Notes: a model not told the origin generated them from the sequence alone. A DNA stretch of 64,000 nt from an uncultured Planctomycetaceae bacterium (GCA_963815195.1 CAWFGE010000018.1:160001-224000); one strand, 5' to 3'. Positions 10,988 through 22,217 are shown, counted from the first letter of the stretch. A program made the numbers and translations.

Positions 10988-11400
10988 ATGCGCACTGACT
11001 TCGACATTCGCCCAACGGTTGAGAAGCACAGCGCCGTTCCGATTGCGCGCCTCCGGGTGTTGCGGGGTTTCGACGAGGTTCACTTACCGGACATACGACG
11101 CGGCATCATTTTCGTTTTCGCGGCATGGAGTGGCGCGGCGGTCATGGGGCTTCAGCGGTTCACCAAGGTCATCCAGTCGCTCGACACTCGTTCTCTCGAG
11201 CCTCGTGGTTTTGGATACCGACTGCCTCACGGAGGATTCCGCCGCACAGCTTTTCGGTGTTCCGAGCTTCACCACGGGCGGCTGGGGCGAGGCGATTTGG
11301 ATTCGCGACGGTCATGTTTTCGCGCGTGCTTGCTCACACCGCGCCGGAGTCTTTGATTGAGCAGCACACGAGAGGATTACTCGATGACAACGCGGCCTAA
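10988..11400 (+). CDS. Integron cassette 2 protein, possibly thioredoxin-like (two frameshifts)
   Basis: Joins ORFs 10988, 11019 and 11125; IIFVFAAWSGAA resembles a Trx active-site strand; stop TAA overlaps R'' of attC2. Confidence 0.65.
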
Positions 11401-11487
11401 CCAGGGGCGCTGCAGCGAACCCGGCATGGCGCCAGGGTTGGCAATCCACGCGTCCCGTGCGCGGGTCGCTGAGCTTTTACGTTCAGT
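11395..11487 (+). mobile_element. attC site 2
   Basis: R'' GCCTAAC (complement of cassette start GTTAGGC), R' GTTCAGT; arms GCT(G)CAGCG(A)ACCCG / CGGGTCGCTGAGC with two extrahelical bases. Confidence 0.85.
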
Positions 11488-11491
11488 AAGT

Positions 11492-11630
11492 GTAGGGCAG
11501 GCTCCTGCCTGCCTTCCTTTCTATGAGGGTTGCTGATTCGTCGAGTTCGCGCAATTGTTGGCCAGATCGCGCGACTTTTGTGATGCGGAATCTTCTCGAA
11601 GCTCGGAAGGCAGGCGGGAGCCTGCCCTAC
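11492..11630. repeat. GTAG-type REP doublet (REPIN)
   Basis: GTAGGGCAGGCTCCTGCCTGCCTTCC (11492-11517) and its inverse (11605-11630), one mismatch in 26 bp. Confidence 0.85.
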
Positions 11631-11669
11631 GGACTTTGGCGTAACCGGCGTGGTCTCTTTGATGGGCCG

Positions 11670-12275
11670 TCACTTGATTTCGCGGATTCGCAGGTTGCGG
11701 AACTCGAGCGGGGCGCCTTCGGCTTGGAAACCGATGTGGCCTTCCGCGGGAGTCAGCCCCGTCGCTTTCCACGCGAGCTCGCCGTTGCACCAGAAGGTGA
11801 CGGCTTCGCCCTCGACGAGCATGCGCGAATCGTTCCACTCTTCGGCCGGCTTTTGCAGGTCGGGCACGGCTTTGGCTCCGTCGAGTTTGCCCAGGAATTT
11901 TCCTTCGCTGCCTTTGGCGAGGTTGATCTGGTTCTTGCCCACGTCTTTTCCGCTGCGGATGTAAAACCCGCTGTTGTAGTTTTTGCGGAGCGCCCGCCAT
12001 TGGAATTTCATCTCGAAGTTCGCGTAGGATTTTTCGGTGCCCAGGTTCGGCTTCCCGCCGCCGGTCAAATGGATCACGCCGTCTTTGACCATCCAATTGG
12101 AAACCTTCTCCGGCGGCGTGCCCCCGGTGAACCGCCAGCCGCTGAAGTCTTTGCCGTTGAACATCGACACGAACCCCGCATCCTGTTCCTCCTGGCTTAA
12201 TTCCTCAGCGAACGCAGCGCCTCCCATCAACAAGACAAGACTCGCCGCCAGCCATTTCCAGAACGAATTGCGCAT
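11670..12275 (-). CDS. DUF1080 (3-keto-disaccharide hydrolase family) exported protein
   Basis: Signal peptide, GFVSMFNGKDFSGW, NSGFYIR, GHIGFQAEG, EFRNLRIREI. Confidence 0.9.
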   Translation of the reverse strand: MRNSFWKWLAASLVLLMGGAAFAEELSQEEQDAGFVSMFNGKDFSGWRFTGGTPPEKVSNWMVKDGVIHLTGGGKPNLGTEKSYANFEMKFQWRALRKNYNSGFYIRSGKDVGKNQINLAKGSEGKFLGKLDGAKAVPDLQKPAEEWNDSRMLVEGEAVTFWCNGELAWKATGLTPAEGHIGFQAEGAPLEFRNLRIREIK

Positions 12276-12324
12276 GATGTTTCTCCCTGTGCGTTAGAAC
12301 GTGTGAAATGCAAATTCCGCCCAA

Positions 12325-12406
12325 GTGAGCGGCTGGCGCTAGCCGCCGGTCTTGGCTTCAAGGATCTCCATTTCGCGAAACCCGGAGGCTAGCGCCTATC
12401 GCTCAC
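12325..12406. repeat. REPIN-like element (GGCGCTAGCC family)
   Basis: GTGAGCGGCTGGCGCTAGCCGCCGG...CCGGAGGCTAGCGCCTATCGCTCAC. Confidence 0.8.
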
Positions 12407-12564
12407 ATTTTTGAAACGCAATTGTCCTTCGGACCGGCGGAAGAATCAAGAATCGCGGGTTCGGCGGAATTCGAGGGGTTGGTGGTTCTCATGCCGGCGG
12501 CTCGCGGTTTAAGATGTGAAACCGTTCTGGGCGTTTTTCAAAAACCAGGCAACAGCAGGCCGCG

Positions 12565-14599
12565 ATGATGGGGAATGTCAGCCGCAGGGATCTTTTGGCG
12601 GAATGGTTGGAGACCGATGGTCGGATGGGCTTCGCCAGCGGCACCGTCTCCGGGCGGCGGACGCGGCGGTATCATGGGCTGCTGTTGGTCCACACGCCCG
12701 CGGGGCGGGTGATGCTTGTGAACGGCGTGGACGTTTGGCTGGAAACGCCCGCCGGCACGTTCGGCCTCTCGACGCAGGAGTATCAAGAAAACGTCCTGCA
12801 TCCCCAAGGCGAAGATTTTCTGACCGCGTTTGAACTTTCGCCGTGGCCGACGTGGGAGTTTGAAACCCCGAGCGGCCATCGCGTCCGGCAGGAGTTTTTC
12901 ATTTCCCGCAAAGCCGCCGCGGTGATCCTGCGGTGGCGACTGCTGGGCGGCGACGGGCCTTGCCAACTGCACGTCAAGCCGCTGGTCTCCGGGCGGGATT
13001 ATCACGGGCTCCAGCACCGAAACGCCGCGTTCCGGTTCGATGCGGAGAGGAATGGAGACGCCGTTCGCTGGCGGCCTTATGCGGACCGCCCCGCGATCGT
13101 CGCCCGCTCGACCGCCCGCTACGAGCACCGCCCGGAGTGGTTCGCGCGGTTCTATTATGCGGTGGAAGCCGAGCGCGGTTTGGACGCGCTCGAAGACCTG
13201 GCGGTGCCGGGGGAGTTTCATTTTGAGGACCTTTCGCACGATGCGCTCCTGATGTTCGCGAGCGAAGCCGACGGCGGCCCGGCGGGGTTTTCTTCGAGAG
13301 CGCCGCTCGAGGCGTTGGTGCCGGACTGGGAAGACCTGGAACGGAAACGCCGCGAAGCGTTGGGCGGTCCGCTGGAACAGGCGGCGGACGCGTATCTGGT
13401 CCGGCGGGGGGAATCGCGGACGATCGTCGCGGGCTATCCGTGGTTCACGGATTGGGGGCGGGATACGTTTATTGCACTGCGCGGGATTGTGCATGGCGAC
13501 GGGGCGGTTGGATGTCGCGGAGGAGATTCTGGGCTCCTGGGGACTGGCGGTGTCCGAGGGCATGTTGCCCAACCGGTTTCCCGATCACGGCGAAGAGCCG
13601 GAATACAATTCCGTCGATGCCTCGCTGTGGTACGTGATCGCGGTCGGGGAATTCGTCGAGGAATGCCAGAAGCGGTCGCATGCTCTGCGGGCGGCGACCA
13701 AGTCGGCTTTCAAGTCCGCGATTTCGCAGATCCTCACCGGCTACCAGAGCGGCACGCGGTACAACATCCGCATGGACGACGACGGCCTGATCGCCGCGGG
13801 CGAACCGGGCATGCAATTGACCTGGATGGACGCCAAGGTCGATGGTTGGGTGGTCACGCCCCGCATCGGCAAGCCCGTGGAAATTCAGGCGCTGTGGATC
13901 AATGCCCTCGGCGTGGGATACGATTTGATTCCCGGCGGCGAGGAGTTGTTCGACCGGGCTTTCGGGTCGTTTCGCGCGAAGTTTTGGAACGCATCGCTCG
14001 GGTGTTTGTACGATGTGATCGATTGCGATCATCAGCCGGGCGTGGTGGACGATTCCATCCGCCCCAATCAGATTTTTGCCGCGGGCGGGCTGCCGCAATC
14101 GCTCGTTGACGACGACCAGACCCGCCGGATTGTGGACCTCGTGGAAGCCGAGTTATGGACGCCGTTGGGATTGCGGTCGCTGGCGCCCGGCGATGCGAAA
14201 TATCGCGGCCGATACGAAGGCGGGGTTTGGGAACGGGACGGGGCGTATCATCAGGGCACGGTGTGGTGCTGGCTGATCGGGCCGTTTGTCGAGGCCTGGG
14301 TTCGCGTGCGGGGCAACACGCCCGCAGCGCGACGCGAGGCCTGCGCGAGGTTTCTGCCGTCCTTGGAAGCGCACCTGCAATCGGCCGGGCTGGGGCATCT
14401 CTCGGAAATCGCCGACGGCGACCCGCCGCACACGCCCCGCGGCTGCCCGTTTCAAGCGTGGTCCCTGGGGGAATACCTCCGCATCACCCGCGAGGTGCTC
14501 GCGTGCGCCCATGACACCTACGCGCTGCGTCGTGGATTTCGACGTGGAACAATTAGCCGCAGGGCGCTAGCCCCGGTTTTCCTCATGAACCGGGGCTAG
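12565..14599 (+). CDS. Amylo-alpha-1,6-glucosidase / glycogen debranching enzyme (frameshift ~13485)
   Basis: EWLETDGRMGFASGT, TRRYHGLL, AGYPWFTDWGRDTFIAL, LTWMDAKV, YHQGTVW, GCPFQAWS. Confidence 0.92.
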
Positions 14600-14615
14600 C
14601 GCCCTGCGGCTAATT
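14551..14615. repeat. REP doublet (TTAGCCGCAGGGCGCTAGCCCCGG family)
   Basis: Perfect 28-bp inverted repeat; single copies near 3357, 51168 and 56857. Confidence 0.85.
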
Positions 14616-14798
14616 CTTTCCACCGGCGGCGAATCGTCCTGGTTCATCCGAACAGTCGCCATAACCGTTTTGGCCGAAAAAACTTTTCCCGACTTTTTGG
14701 CGGGAATCGGTGCGGAAAATATATCCGCGGCGAAAAGGCGCAACTATGCTATTGGCGTCGTCGACTCGGCGGGTATTTTCCAACAAGGCGGGATTATA

Positions 14799-17576
14799 AT
14801 GATTTTGAGCTTTCTGAAATCTTTGTTTGAGACCAGTTCGGTGGTGCGGTCCGATCGGCGGCATCGGCATTCAAGGCGGTTTGCCCATCGGCGGTCGGGG
14901 TTCGGGATCGCCGCGGAAGTATTTGAAGATCGGTGTCTGCTCTCAAACTATTTCTTGAGCGATGCCGTGTACCGCCCTTCGACGAATACCGTGTTCATCG
15001 ATCACAACTTCGACGGCGCGGCGGACGAATCGCGGGTTTACGGCGCGCCCGGCGACTTGTATACGTCGGGGGATTTCAACAACGACGGCCTTTCGGACAA
15101 CGCCGTGCTTCGCGGAGGCACGTGGTTTATCGATGTCACCCGCGACGCCGGGGCCGACTTCATCATCAACTTCGGACAGGCGGGCGACATCCCGCTGATC
15201 GGCGATGCCGACGGCGATGGACTCGCCAACCTGATCTTGTACCGCCCGTCCGACGGGACCTGGCGGATCGACGGAAACGGCAACGGGACCCTCAAGGCGA
15301 CTTCCACGTATGGCGGGCAGGCGGGCGACATTCCCGTCATCGGCGATTTGAACGGCGACGGCCGGCTGGACCGGGCGATCTATCGGCCCGGCGAAGGGAA
15401 CTGGCACGTCGATCTCGGATTCGACAGCCATTACGATTTTACGATCAACTTCGGCGGAGTGCCGGCGGATCGGCCCTTTGTTGCCGACGTGAACGACGAC
15501 GGCTTCGACGACATCGGCATTTTCCGAAACGGCATCAACTATGTCAGCACGTCGCGGAGCTCGGCGGTGACGAACGTGTATTTCTTCGGCTCGGCGGGCG
15601 ATCTTCCCGCGCCGGGCCACCGCAATGTGCGCGGGGTGATCCATTCCCTGCGGGCGAACCTGGGGATTTACCGGCCGTCGAACGGCCTCATCGTGCACGA
15701 GTTCACCGAAGCCGGCTACAGCACGCCCTCGCGGATCTATGGCGGCGCCGCGGTCGATCAGGTCGTCGTGGCGGACTTCAACGGCAACACCGTCACCGAC
15801 ACCGCCATCTTCCGCAACGGGATCTGGTATGTCGACTTCGACCGCAACGCCTCGGTCGATGCGGTGTACTTCTTCGGACAGGCCGGCGATAAAGCCGTCG
15901 CAGGCGACTTCAACAACGACGGCTTCGCGGACCTGGGCATCTACCGCGACGGCACGTGGTTCATCGACACCAACCGGGACGGCGGGGCGGACTTTGTTTC
16001 CAACTTCGGACAGGCCGGGGACACTCCGGTCATCGGCGACTTCAACAACGACGGCTTCCAGGACCGCGGGGTCTATCATCCCGCGGACGGCACTTGGTCC
16101 TTCGACTCGGCTTTCGGCGGCAGCGTGGTGAAGACCGTGACCTTCGGCGGCGAGGCAGGCGACAAGCCGTTCGCGTTCGACTTCAACGCCGACGGCCAGA
16201 CCGACATCGGCGTGTACCGCGACGGGCTGTGGTTCATCGACGACACGCTCCAAGGCAAAGTCTCCATCCTGTTCTTCTTCGGCGGAGCGGGCGACGTTCC
16301 GATTCCCGGCTTCTTCGATCCCGCGCATTCGGTCTTCGTGCGGGCCGGGTCCAACGGCAACGGCACGGAAGCGGCACCCTTCGGCTCGATCACGCAGGCC
16401 CTGGGCGTCGTCGGCAACGGCGGCTTCGTGCGGATCGCGCCGGGGAACTATGTCGAGAACCCCCGCGCTTTGAACCAGCATAACATCACGATCGTCGGAG
16501 CCAGCCGGTTCTACACCAACGTGATTCCGAGCGTCGGGAGCGCCTTCGCGGCCGACACCTCCACGAACATCTACCTCGAAGACTTGACGTTTGCAGCCCA
16601 GGATCCGTCCGTGGAAGCCGGACGGGGCCTTGTGGTGTTCCGCTCCAGCGTCTGGGCCAACGGGATCCGCACGTCCAACAACAAAAACGTGGGCGTGCTC
16701 TCCGCCGCTCCCGCCGGCCAGTTCTCTCAAGTCTCCATCCGCAACTCCGATCTCAACCTCAGCCAGTCCGGGGGCGGCTTCTACTCCCAAAGCAACAGCA
16801 TCGTGCAGCTCGACAATGTCCGCGCCGACCAGAACGGCACGGGCTCGGGAACGAGCGCGACACAGTTCGGGACCGGCATCGTTCTCTTGTCCGGAACGCT
16901 GGCGACGATCCGCAATTCGAGCGGCTCGTTCAACCGCGACCACGGCTTTATCGCCGAGGGCAGCGTCGACGTGCTTTTGGTCAATTCGCACATCGACAAT
17001 AATCCGAACAAGAACGGCGGCATCATCAACGGTCCGGTCCACTTCCAGATCATCGGCACATCGTTCAGCAACAACGGCGGAAACGTCGCCCGCGGTGCCG
17101 CCGGCTTCAACGGCCTGGAAATCGACACCGACGCCAACGGCAGCGGCCTGATCGCCGACTCCACGTTCAACAACAACTCGGCGTTCGGAATCTTCCAGGG
17201 CGCTGGCACGAACATCCTCATCACCGGCTCCCACTTCGGAGGCAACTTCGTGGGGGTCTTCGTCAACGGGTACTTCCAGGGCGGCTTCGTCACCGGCCAG
17301 TCCAACGTGACGATCGTGGCCAGCACCTTTACGCCCTTGAACTCGACGGTCCACGACGAAGGCGTGACGGCCCAAGGCTCGGGCGCCGTTGTCACGGTCG
17401 GCGGCGCGGGGAGCCTGAAGAACATCTTCGACGGCTTCACCGGCGACGATCAGCCGATCCACGCCATCACCAGTCCCGGCGGAGCCCCCTTGATGCAGCC
17501 CGGAAGCGACCTCGCCACCTTCGACGACGCCAACAGCTTCCCCAACACGACCGTGCCCCATTTCTCCACAACATGA
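14799..17576 (+). CDS. Large surface protein: LEPR-XLL-like leader, FG-GAP/VCBS propeller repeats, right-handed beta-helix
   Basis: EVFEDRCLLS leader; many FGQAGDxPxxGDFNNDGxxDxGxYR repeats; VFVRAGSNGNGTEAAPFGSITQAL followed by Asn/Gly-rich beta-helix. Confidence 0.85.
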   Translation: MILSFLKSLFETSSVVRSDRRHRHSRRFAHRRSGFGIAAEVFEDRCLLSNYFLSDAVYRPSTNTVFIDHNFDGAADESRVYGAPGDLYTSGDFNNDGLSDNAVLRGGTWFIDVTRDAGADFIINFGQAGDIPLIGDADGDGLANLILYRPSDGTWRIDGNGNGTLKATSTYGGQAGDIPVIGDLNGDGRLDRAIYRPGEGNWHVDLGFDSHYDFTINFGGVPADRPFVADVNDDGFDDIGIFRNGINYVSTSRSSAVTNVYFFGSAGDLPAPGHRNVRGVIHSLRANLGIYRPSNGLIVHEFTEAGYSTPSRIYGGAAVDQVVVADFNGNTVTDTAIFRNGIWYVDFDRNASVDAVYFFGQAGDKAVAGDFNNDGFADLGIYRDGTWFIDTNRDGGADFVSNFGQAGDTPVIGDFNNDGFQDRGVYHPADGTWSFDSAFGGSVVKTVTFGGEAGDKPFAFDFNADGQTDIGVYRDGLWFIDDTLQGKVSILFFFGGAGDVPIPGFFDPAHSVFVRAGSNGNGTEAAPFGSITQALGVVGNGGFVRIAPGNYVENPRALNQHNITIVGASRFYTNVIPSVGSAFAADTSTNIYLEDLTFAAQDPSVEAGRGLVVFRSSVWANGIRTSNNKNVGVLSAAPAGQFSQVSIRNSDLNLSQSGGGFYSQSNSIVQLDNVRADQNGTGSGTSATQFGTGIVLLSGTLATIRNSSGSFNRDHGFIAEGSVDVLLVNSHIDNNPNKNGGIINGPVHFQIIGTSFSNNGGNVARGAAGFNGLEIDTDANGSGLIADSTFNNNSAFGIFQGAGTNILITGSHFGGNFVGVFVNGYFQGGFVTGQSNVTIVASTFTPLNSTVHDEGVTAQGSGAVVTVGGAGSLKNIFDGFTGDDQPIHAITSPGGAPLMQPGSDLATFDDANSFPNTTVPHFSTT

Positions 17577-17591
17577 AGAAGGGACCTGCGG

Positions 17592-19351
17592 TTACCAGCG
17601 CTGCTGGTACATCAGGTACAGCGTCTCCGCGTTGACGGCTTTGTTCGGACCCGCGGTCTTTTGCAGAAAGCCGCCGCCGTAGAGCTTGTTCCAACTGACG
17701 AGGATGTCCGAGTAGCGGGTCATGTGGAAGTTCATCACCAGATCGAACTCGTCGCCCACGTTGCTCCCCGCCCGGCCCGTCGGATCGCGGCGGTAAGCGA
17801 CGCCGCCCGCGTTGTAGAGGGCGTCCCGGCTCTCGGCGAGCCAGAAGTGATGGTACTGCAGCCACGTCGTCACCCAGGGCGTGGGATAGAGATAGAGATG
17901 GGCATTCAGGTCGTGAATGTTTTGCCGACCGACGAGATCCATCCAGCCCAAATAATAATGCCCGAAGGGGAACTGCTGGTTGAAGGTGTGCACCGTGCCG
18001 CTGTTGGGATTGTTATCGCCGCTCGCGTAGTCGTAATACAGCCAAAGCGTCGGCGTGAGTGATGCGTCCTTCCAATTGCGGCCGAGGCCCGCGGTGGCCA
18101 TGCCGGCGAGAAGATCGCTGCCGCCCTGCCGGCCCGATTGGACCGCGCCTTCCACATCCCAGAGCCAGCCGTTGTTGTCGCCCGCCCAGCGGCTGCCGAA
18201 GGTGTTCGTCTGGAAAGGCGACCGCACGATTCCCTGCTGGGCGGAGGTGTTGCTGTTGTCGTAGAGGATGTAATAAAAGTCGCGGGTTTCCCCCTTTTTC
18301 GGCCGGTAGGTCAGCCACGCCGCCGCGAAGTCCTGGTTGGGATCGGCCGTGTCGAACTGGCCGGCCTTGGGCGGAACATACTGCGTCCAGAACGCGTCGA
18401 AGTCCCACTTCTCTCCCTGGCGAAAGACCTTCACGCCTTCGAACGTGTGCCGCTTGTTGGCCCAAGGCAAGGGCGTGATCAACCGCTGCGAACCATAGAG
18501 AAGCTCCTGCCGGCCGCCGCGGACAAACACCGGCTTGCCTTGGAAATCGAATAGCTTCAAATCCACAAACAAGTTCTGAAGGTCGCCGCGGTCGACGTCC
18601 GGCGGCACGGGGCGAAGCTCTTCTCCAAAGCTGTCGGCCCAGATGTATTCGCCATAAACCCGGAGCCAATCGCTGTACCACACGTCGCCGTAAAGCCGAA
18701 CGTGGCTGAGCGTGTAATTGTTATGGGTCGTGGTGAGCCGGCTGTTGGTCTCGTTCGAGTAGCGAAGCCAAGCCTCGCCGCCCGTACTGAAAAGCCAGCA
18801 ATCGTTCCAATGGATCCGCTTGAGCGTTTCGACGAAGGTGCGGTCTTGCGGCGGAATGCTTTCGACATACCGCCAGTCGGCGTCGAAGAACGGCCAGGCA
18901 TTGACGCAAAACGGAGCATAGCCGGATTTGGGCATCGCCGGTGCTTGCGGTTCGTCAGGCAGTCAAGTGCCGAGTAATAATTGAGGCCCTGCGTCGGCGG
19001 GACGGGAAAAATGCCCGGGCGGGGCATGGGATGGATCGTGGCGGGATACTTCGACCAATCGATCAGTTTGCCGTGGCAGCAAGTCTTATAAGGCACCTGG
19101 GACTTGGCCCTTTGGCAGTTCGGGCAATCGCAGGGCGTTTGTTGCGATGGGCCGAACGGTTCCGGCAGCGGCTTGTAGAGGGACGGCTCGCTCGCAGGAC
19201 CGTCCGTTCCCGTGTTGGCGTCAGCATCCGCCGGCGCGGAAGGCGTTTCGAGAGACTCCTGAGCAAATGTCAAAAGAGGCGCGGCCAAAAACGCAGCCAG
19301 CGCCCCGGCAATCCATGAAGATCGCATTGAGGCAAATCCCGCCATGAGCAT
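17592..19351 (-). CDS. Alginate-export (AlgE-like) outer-membrane beta-barrel protein (frameshift ~18940)
   Basis: Signal peptide; RGGRQELLYGSQRLI, YDYASGD, TFNQQFPFGHYYLG, terminal YQQRW. Confidence 0.85.
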
Positions 19352-19486
19352 TACTCCCTGTGGATATAAATAACACGAGAAGCGCTGCTCGACCCTAGGG
19401 GTCCTTCATCGACGAGGACTCGTGACGGTCTCAAGCATTTTTTCAGGCGGGGCGGTCAGGGAAACTGGCGAAGCTTTGCCGGTTTG

Positions 19487-20424
19487 TCAGACCGGTGCTT
19501 TTTCCACGGCGTCTTGGGGCGGATTGGACGCCGGTTCGTCTTCCTCCTTTTGCACAAGGGCGCGGCGTTTCTTCCAATTGAGTTCCGCCGCCAACGCCAC
19601 CGGGCCCACGAGGAACAGCGCGTAATACGGAGCGTGGATCACTTCGTTCAGCCGCAAGAGCATTTCCACAACCGCCACCAGAAACACCACCAGGCATTGG
19701 CCCCATTTCGTGCTCACGGTCGTCCGCGGATCGGTGATCATGAAGAACACGAACAGTTGATACATCGGCCCCGTCAACGGCGCCACACTCGCCAGGAACG
19801 GGCTCCCGGTAATCAGGCTCCGCAAACCGGACAGCGCGACGAAGGACAGCACGTAAGTCAGGCAGATGTGGAACCGTTTGAGCCGGCTGATAATCAGCGT
19901 CCCCAAACACCAGATCACAATCATCGCCCACACCGAATTGCCCCATTGAATGCTCAAGGGAGCCACCGCGGCCGCGTACAGAAACAGCATCGCGCTCACG
20001 CCGAAGTTGGACGGGTTCCACAAATGCCGATTCTGCCAGCGGAGCACATACTTGGAGAGGATCGACAGCGCCGAACACAGCGCATAAGGCCAGAACAGCG
20101 GCGAGCGGAGCAGAATCCCCACGCTGATCCCGGAGATATAGGCGCTCGCCAGATGCGGGAACTTCCCGGCGATGAATCGCCCCAAGACCAGTTCGCAGGC
20201 GATCGACGTGGCAATCGCCAACAGCGTCCGCGTCCAACTTTCCAGCACACCGAAGGTGAGTTGGCTCACGAGCAGAATGCACGTAATCAGCCCCGGCGCC
20301 AAATAGCGGTTTTCGAGGCTGAAGAAATTCTTGGCGCCCCGGCCTTCACCGGTTGGCCGGCGGTCGATGCTGGTGCGGTCGTCATGGTTTGTTCCGCGCG
20401 AGGTTGGTTGATGGTGTCGCTCAT
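19487..20424 (-). CDS. UnbU / RnfD-NqrB-like multi-pass membrane protein (frameshift ~20335)
   Basis: SAYISGISVGILLR, HLWNPSNFG, LFVFFMITDPRTT; ATG overlaps the upstream stop. Confidence 0.8.
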
Positions 20425-22217
20425 TTCGGCTCCTGGATTTTATGGATCCGGTCGGGTTCCGGATGTTCGATGACCTGCTCCTTTCCGGAGGGCCAGCGAA
20501 TCGTGACTTTGTCGATGTCTTTATGCTGACCCAGTCCGAAGTGCAGCCGGCGTTGATTCTCCGCGGCATAACCGCTGGCGGCGACGAGTTCCTGGAGCTG
20601 CTGCTGATCGTTCCAGAACACCCGAACCTGGGCCCCGATGGCGCTTTTGTTGCTGCGCGTGCCTTCGAGTTCAAAATCGATCCAATGCCGATCCTGGGCC
20701 ACCTGGTTTTTGTACAAAAGCAACGGCCCGCGCTGGTTGGCGACCAACACGTCGAGGACGCCGCGATTTCCCAAATCGGCCAAGGCCACGGCCCGGCCGT
20801 CCAGCTTGTCGGTCGCCCCCACGAACTGGGCCACATCCTGAAACTGCCCGGCCCCGTTGTTGAGCCAGACCCGCTTCGACTGATGCCCCGCCAGGCTCCG
20901 GCCCTTCATCGCCGGCCAGTTCTTGGCATCGGAAATAATCCGCGAATGCCCGCCGGTGATCTCGGAAAAATCGTACCAATAGTCCGTGCCCTCGTCGCCG
21001 GAGACGTAGCCGTTGGTGAGATACAGATCGACAAAGCCATCGTTATTGAGGTCGCCGAACTGCGCCCCGAAGCTCCACCCGCCGAGCTCGATGCCCATCA
21101 CCGATGCGAGGTTTTCGTAACGGGGCGATTCCTCGTCGCCGGGAAACCAAAGGTTGTTCCCCTGGAGGAGCACGCCTTCTTCGGAGATGTTCGTCTCATA
21201 AATCGCGAGCCGGCCTTGATTGAGCACATCGCCGACCGCGGCGTTCATGCCGCTCTTGGGGGCATAACCCACGCCGCTTTCTTTGCCGATCTCGCGAAAC
21301 CGCCGGCCGCCGTCGTTCAGAAACATTTCCGAAACGCCGTAGTCGTTCGCGAGAAACAGATCCGGAAACGCGTCGTTATTGAAGTCCGCCGAGACGACGG
21401 CGAGCGTCCACCGCCGGCTGTCGATGCCGGCTTTCGCGGTCACATCCTCAAACCGCCCGCCGCCTTTGTTTCGGAGCAGCCACTTTCGGCCGCCGTTGTT
21501 GGCGTATTCAAAACTCTCCGGCATGATTCGCGTATGCTCAAGTTTCTCCAGCCGCACATCGTCCGGCCAATAGCCCGCGAGGAACAGATCGATCCAGCCG
21601 TCGCGGTCGTAATCCAGCCAGGTTGCGGCCCCGGCGTTCGACCACTCGGGCATTCCCGCCGACTCGGTGATCCTTTCAAAACCTTTGCCCGCTTGATTGC
21701 GAAACAGCTCCACCGTGCCCCACTTGTAAACGAGCACATCTTCGTAGCCGTCGTTGTCGATGTCGGCCCAGACGGAGCCCATCGAAGCCCCGCTGCCCGG
21801 CTCGTTGAGCTTCGCGAGGCCTATCTCCACGGCGACATCATCGAACGTGCCGTCCTGCTGATTGCGGTACAGCCGATTCAAACTGCCGGGCGCACTGTTG
21901 GTGACGTAGAAATCCTGCCAGCCGTCGCGGTCGAAATCCACGATGCTGACGCTGGCCCCCATCGCCGCGATCTGCGGGCCGATGTGTTCGAGCCGGGCGT
22001 CGATCCGCGGCTCCTTGTGCACAAAATCGATCCCGGCTTTTTTCGCCGATTCGTGCAGCACGAACCCGTAGCGGTCGAGCAGCTCCTTGACCTCTGCCGG
22101 CGATTTGGTCGAAGCGGGCGCGCTTTCCTGCGAACGAAGCCGCAGGTAAACCCACGGTCCGACCAACAGGCCGAGGAACACGATCGTCAGAATCTTGCGT
22201 TTGGTCTCTAGGGTCAT
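20421..22217 (-). CDS. CRTAC1 / ASPIC-UnbV family FG-GAP protein
   Basis: DFDRDGWQDFYVTN-type repeats; C-terminal SNKSAIGAQVRV...RLHFGLG...IRWPSG. Confidence 0.92.
   Translation of the reverse strand: MTLETKRKILTIVFLGLLVGPWVYLRLRSQESAPASTKSPAEVKELLDRYGFVLHESAKKAGIDFVHKEPRIDARLEHIGPQIAAMGASVSIVDFDRDGWQDFYVTNSAPGSLNRLYRNQQDGTFDDVAVEIGLAKLNEPGSGASMGSVWADIDNDGYEDVLVYKWGTVELFRNQAGKGFERITESAGMPEWSNAGAATWLDYDRDGWIDLFLAGYWPDDVRLEKLEHTRIMPESFEYANNGGRKWLLRNKGGGRFEDVTAKAGIDSRRWTLAVVSADFNNDAFPDLFLANDYGVSEMFLNDGGRRFREIGKESGVGYAPKSGMNAAVGDVLNQGRLAIYETNISEEGVLLQGNNLWFPGDEESPRYENLASVMGIELGGWSFGAQFGDLNNDGFVDLYLTNGYVSGDEGTDYWYDFSEITGGHSRIISDAKNWPAMKGRSLAGHQSKRVWLNNGAGQFQDVAQFVGATDKLDGRAVALADLGNRGVLDVLVANQRGPLLLYKNQVAQDRHWIDFELEGTRSNKSAIGAQVRVFWNDQQQLQELVAASGYAAENQRRLHFGLGQHKDIDKVTIRWPSGKEQVIEHPEPDRIHKIQEPK

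Noticed and set aside
14943..17561. Long antisense ORFs (also 6735-8789, 20442-22211, 30445-32568)
   Set aside because: Shadow ORFs opposite well-supported genes, expected in high-GC DNA, with no motifs
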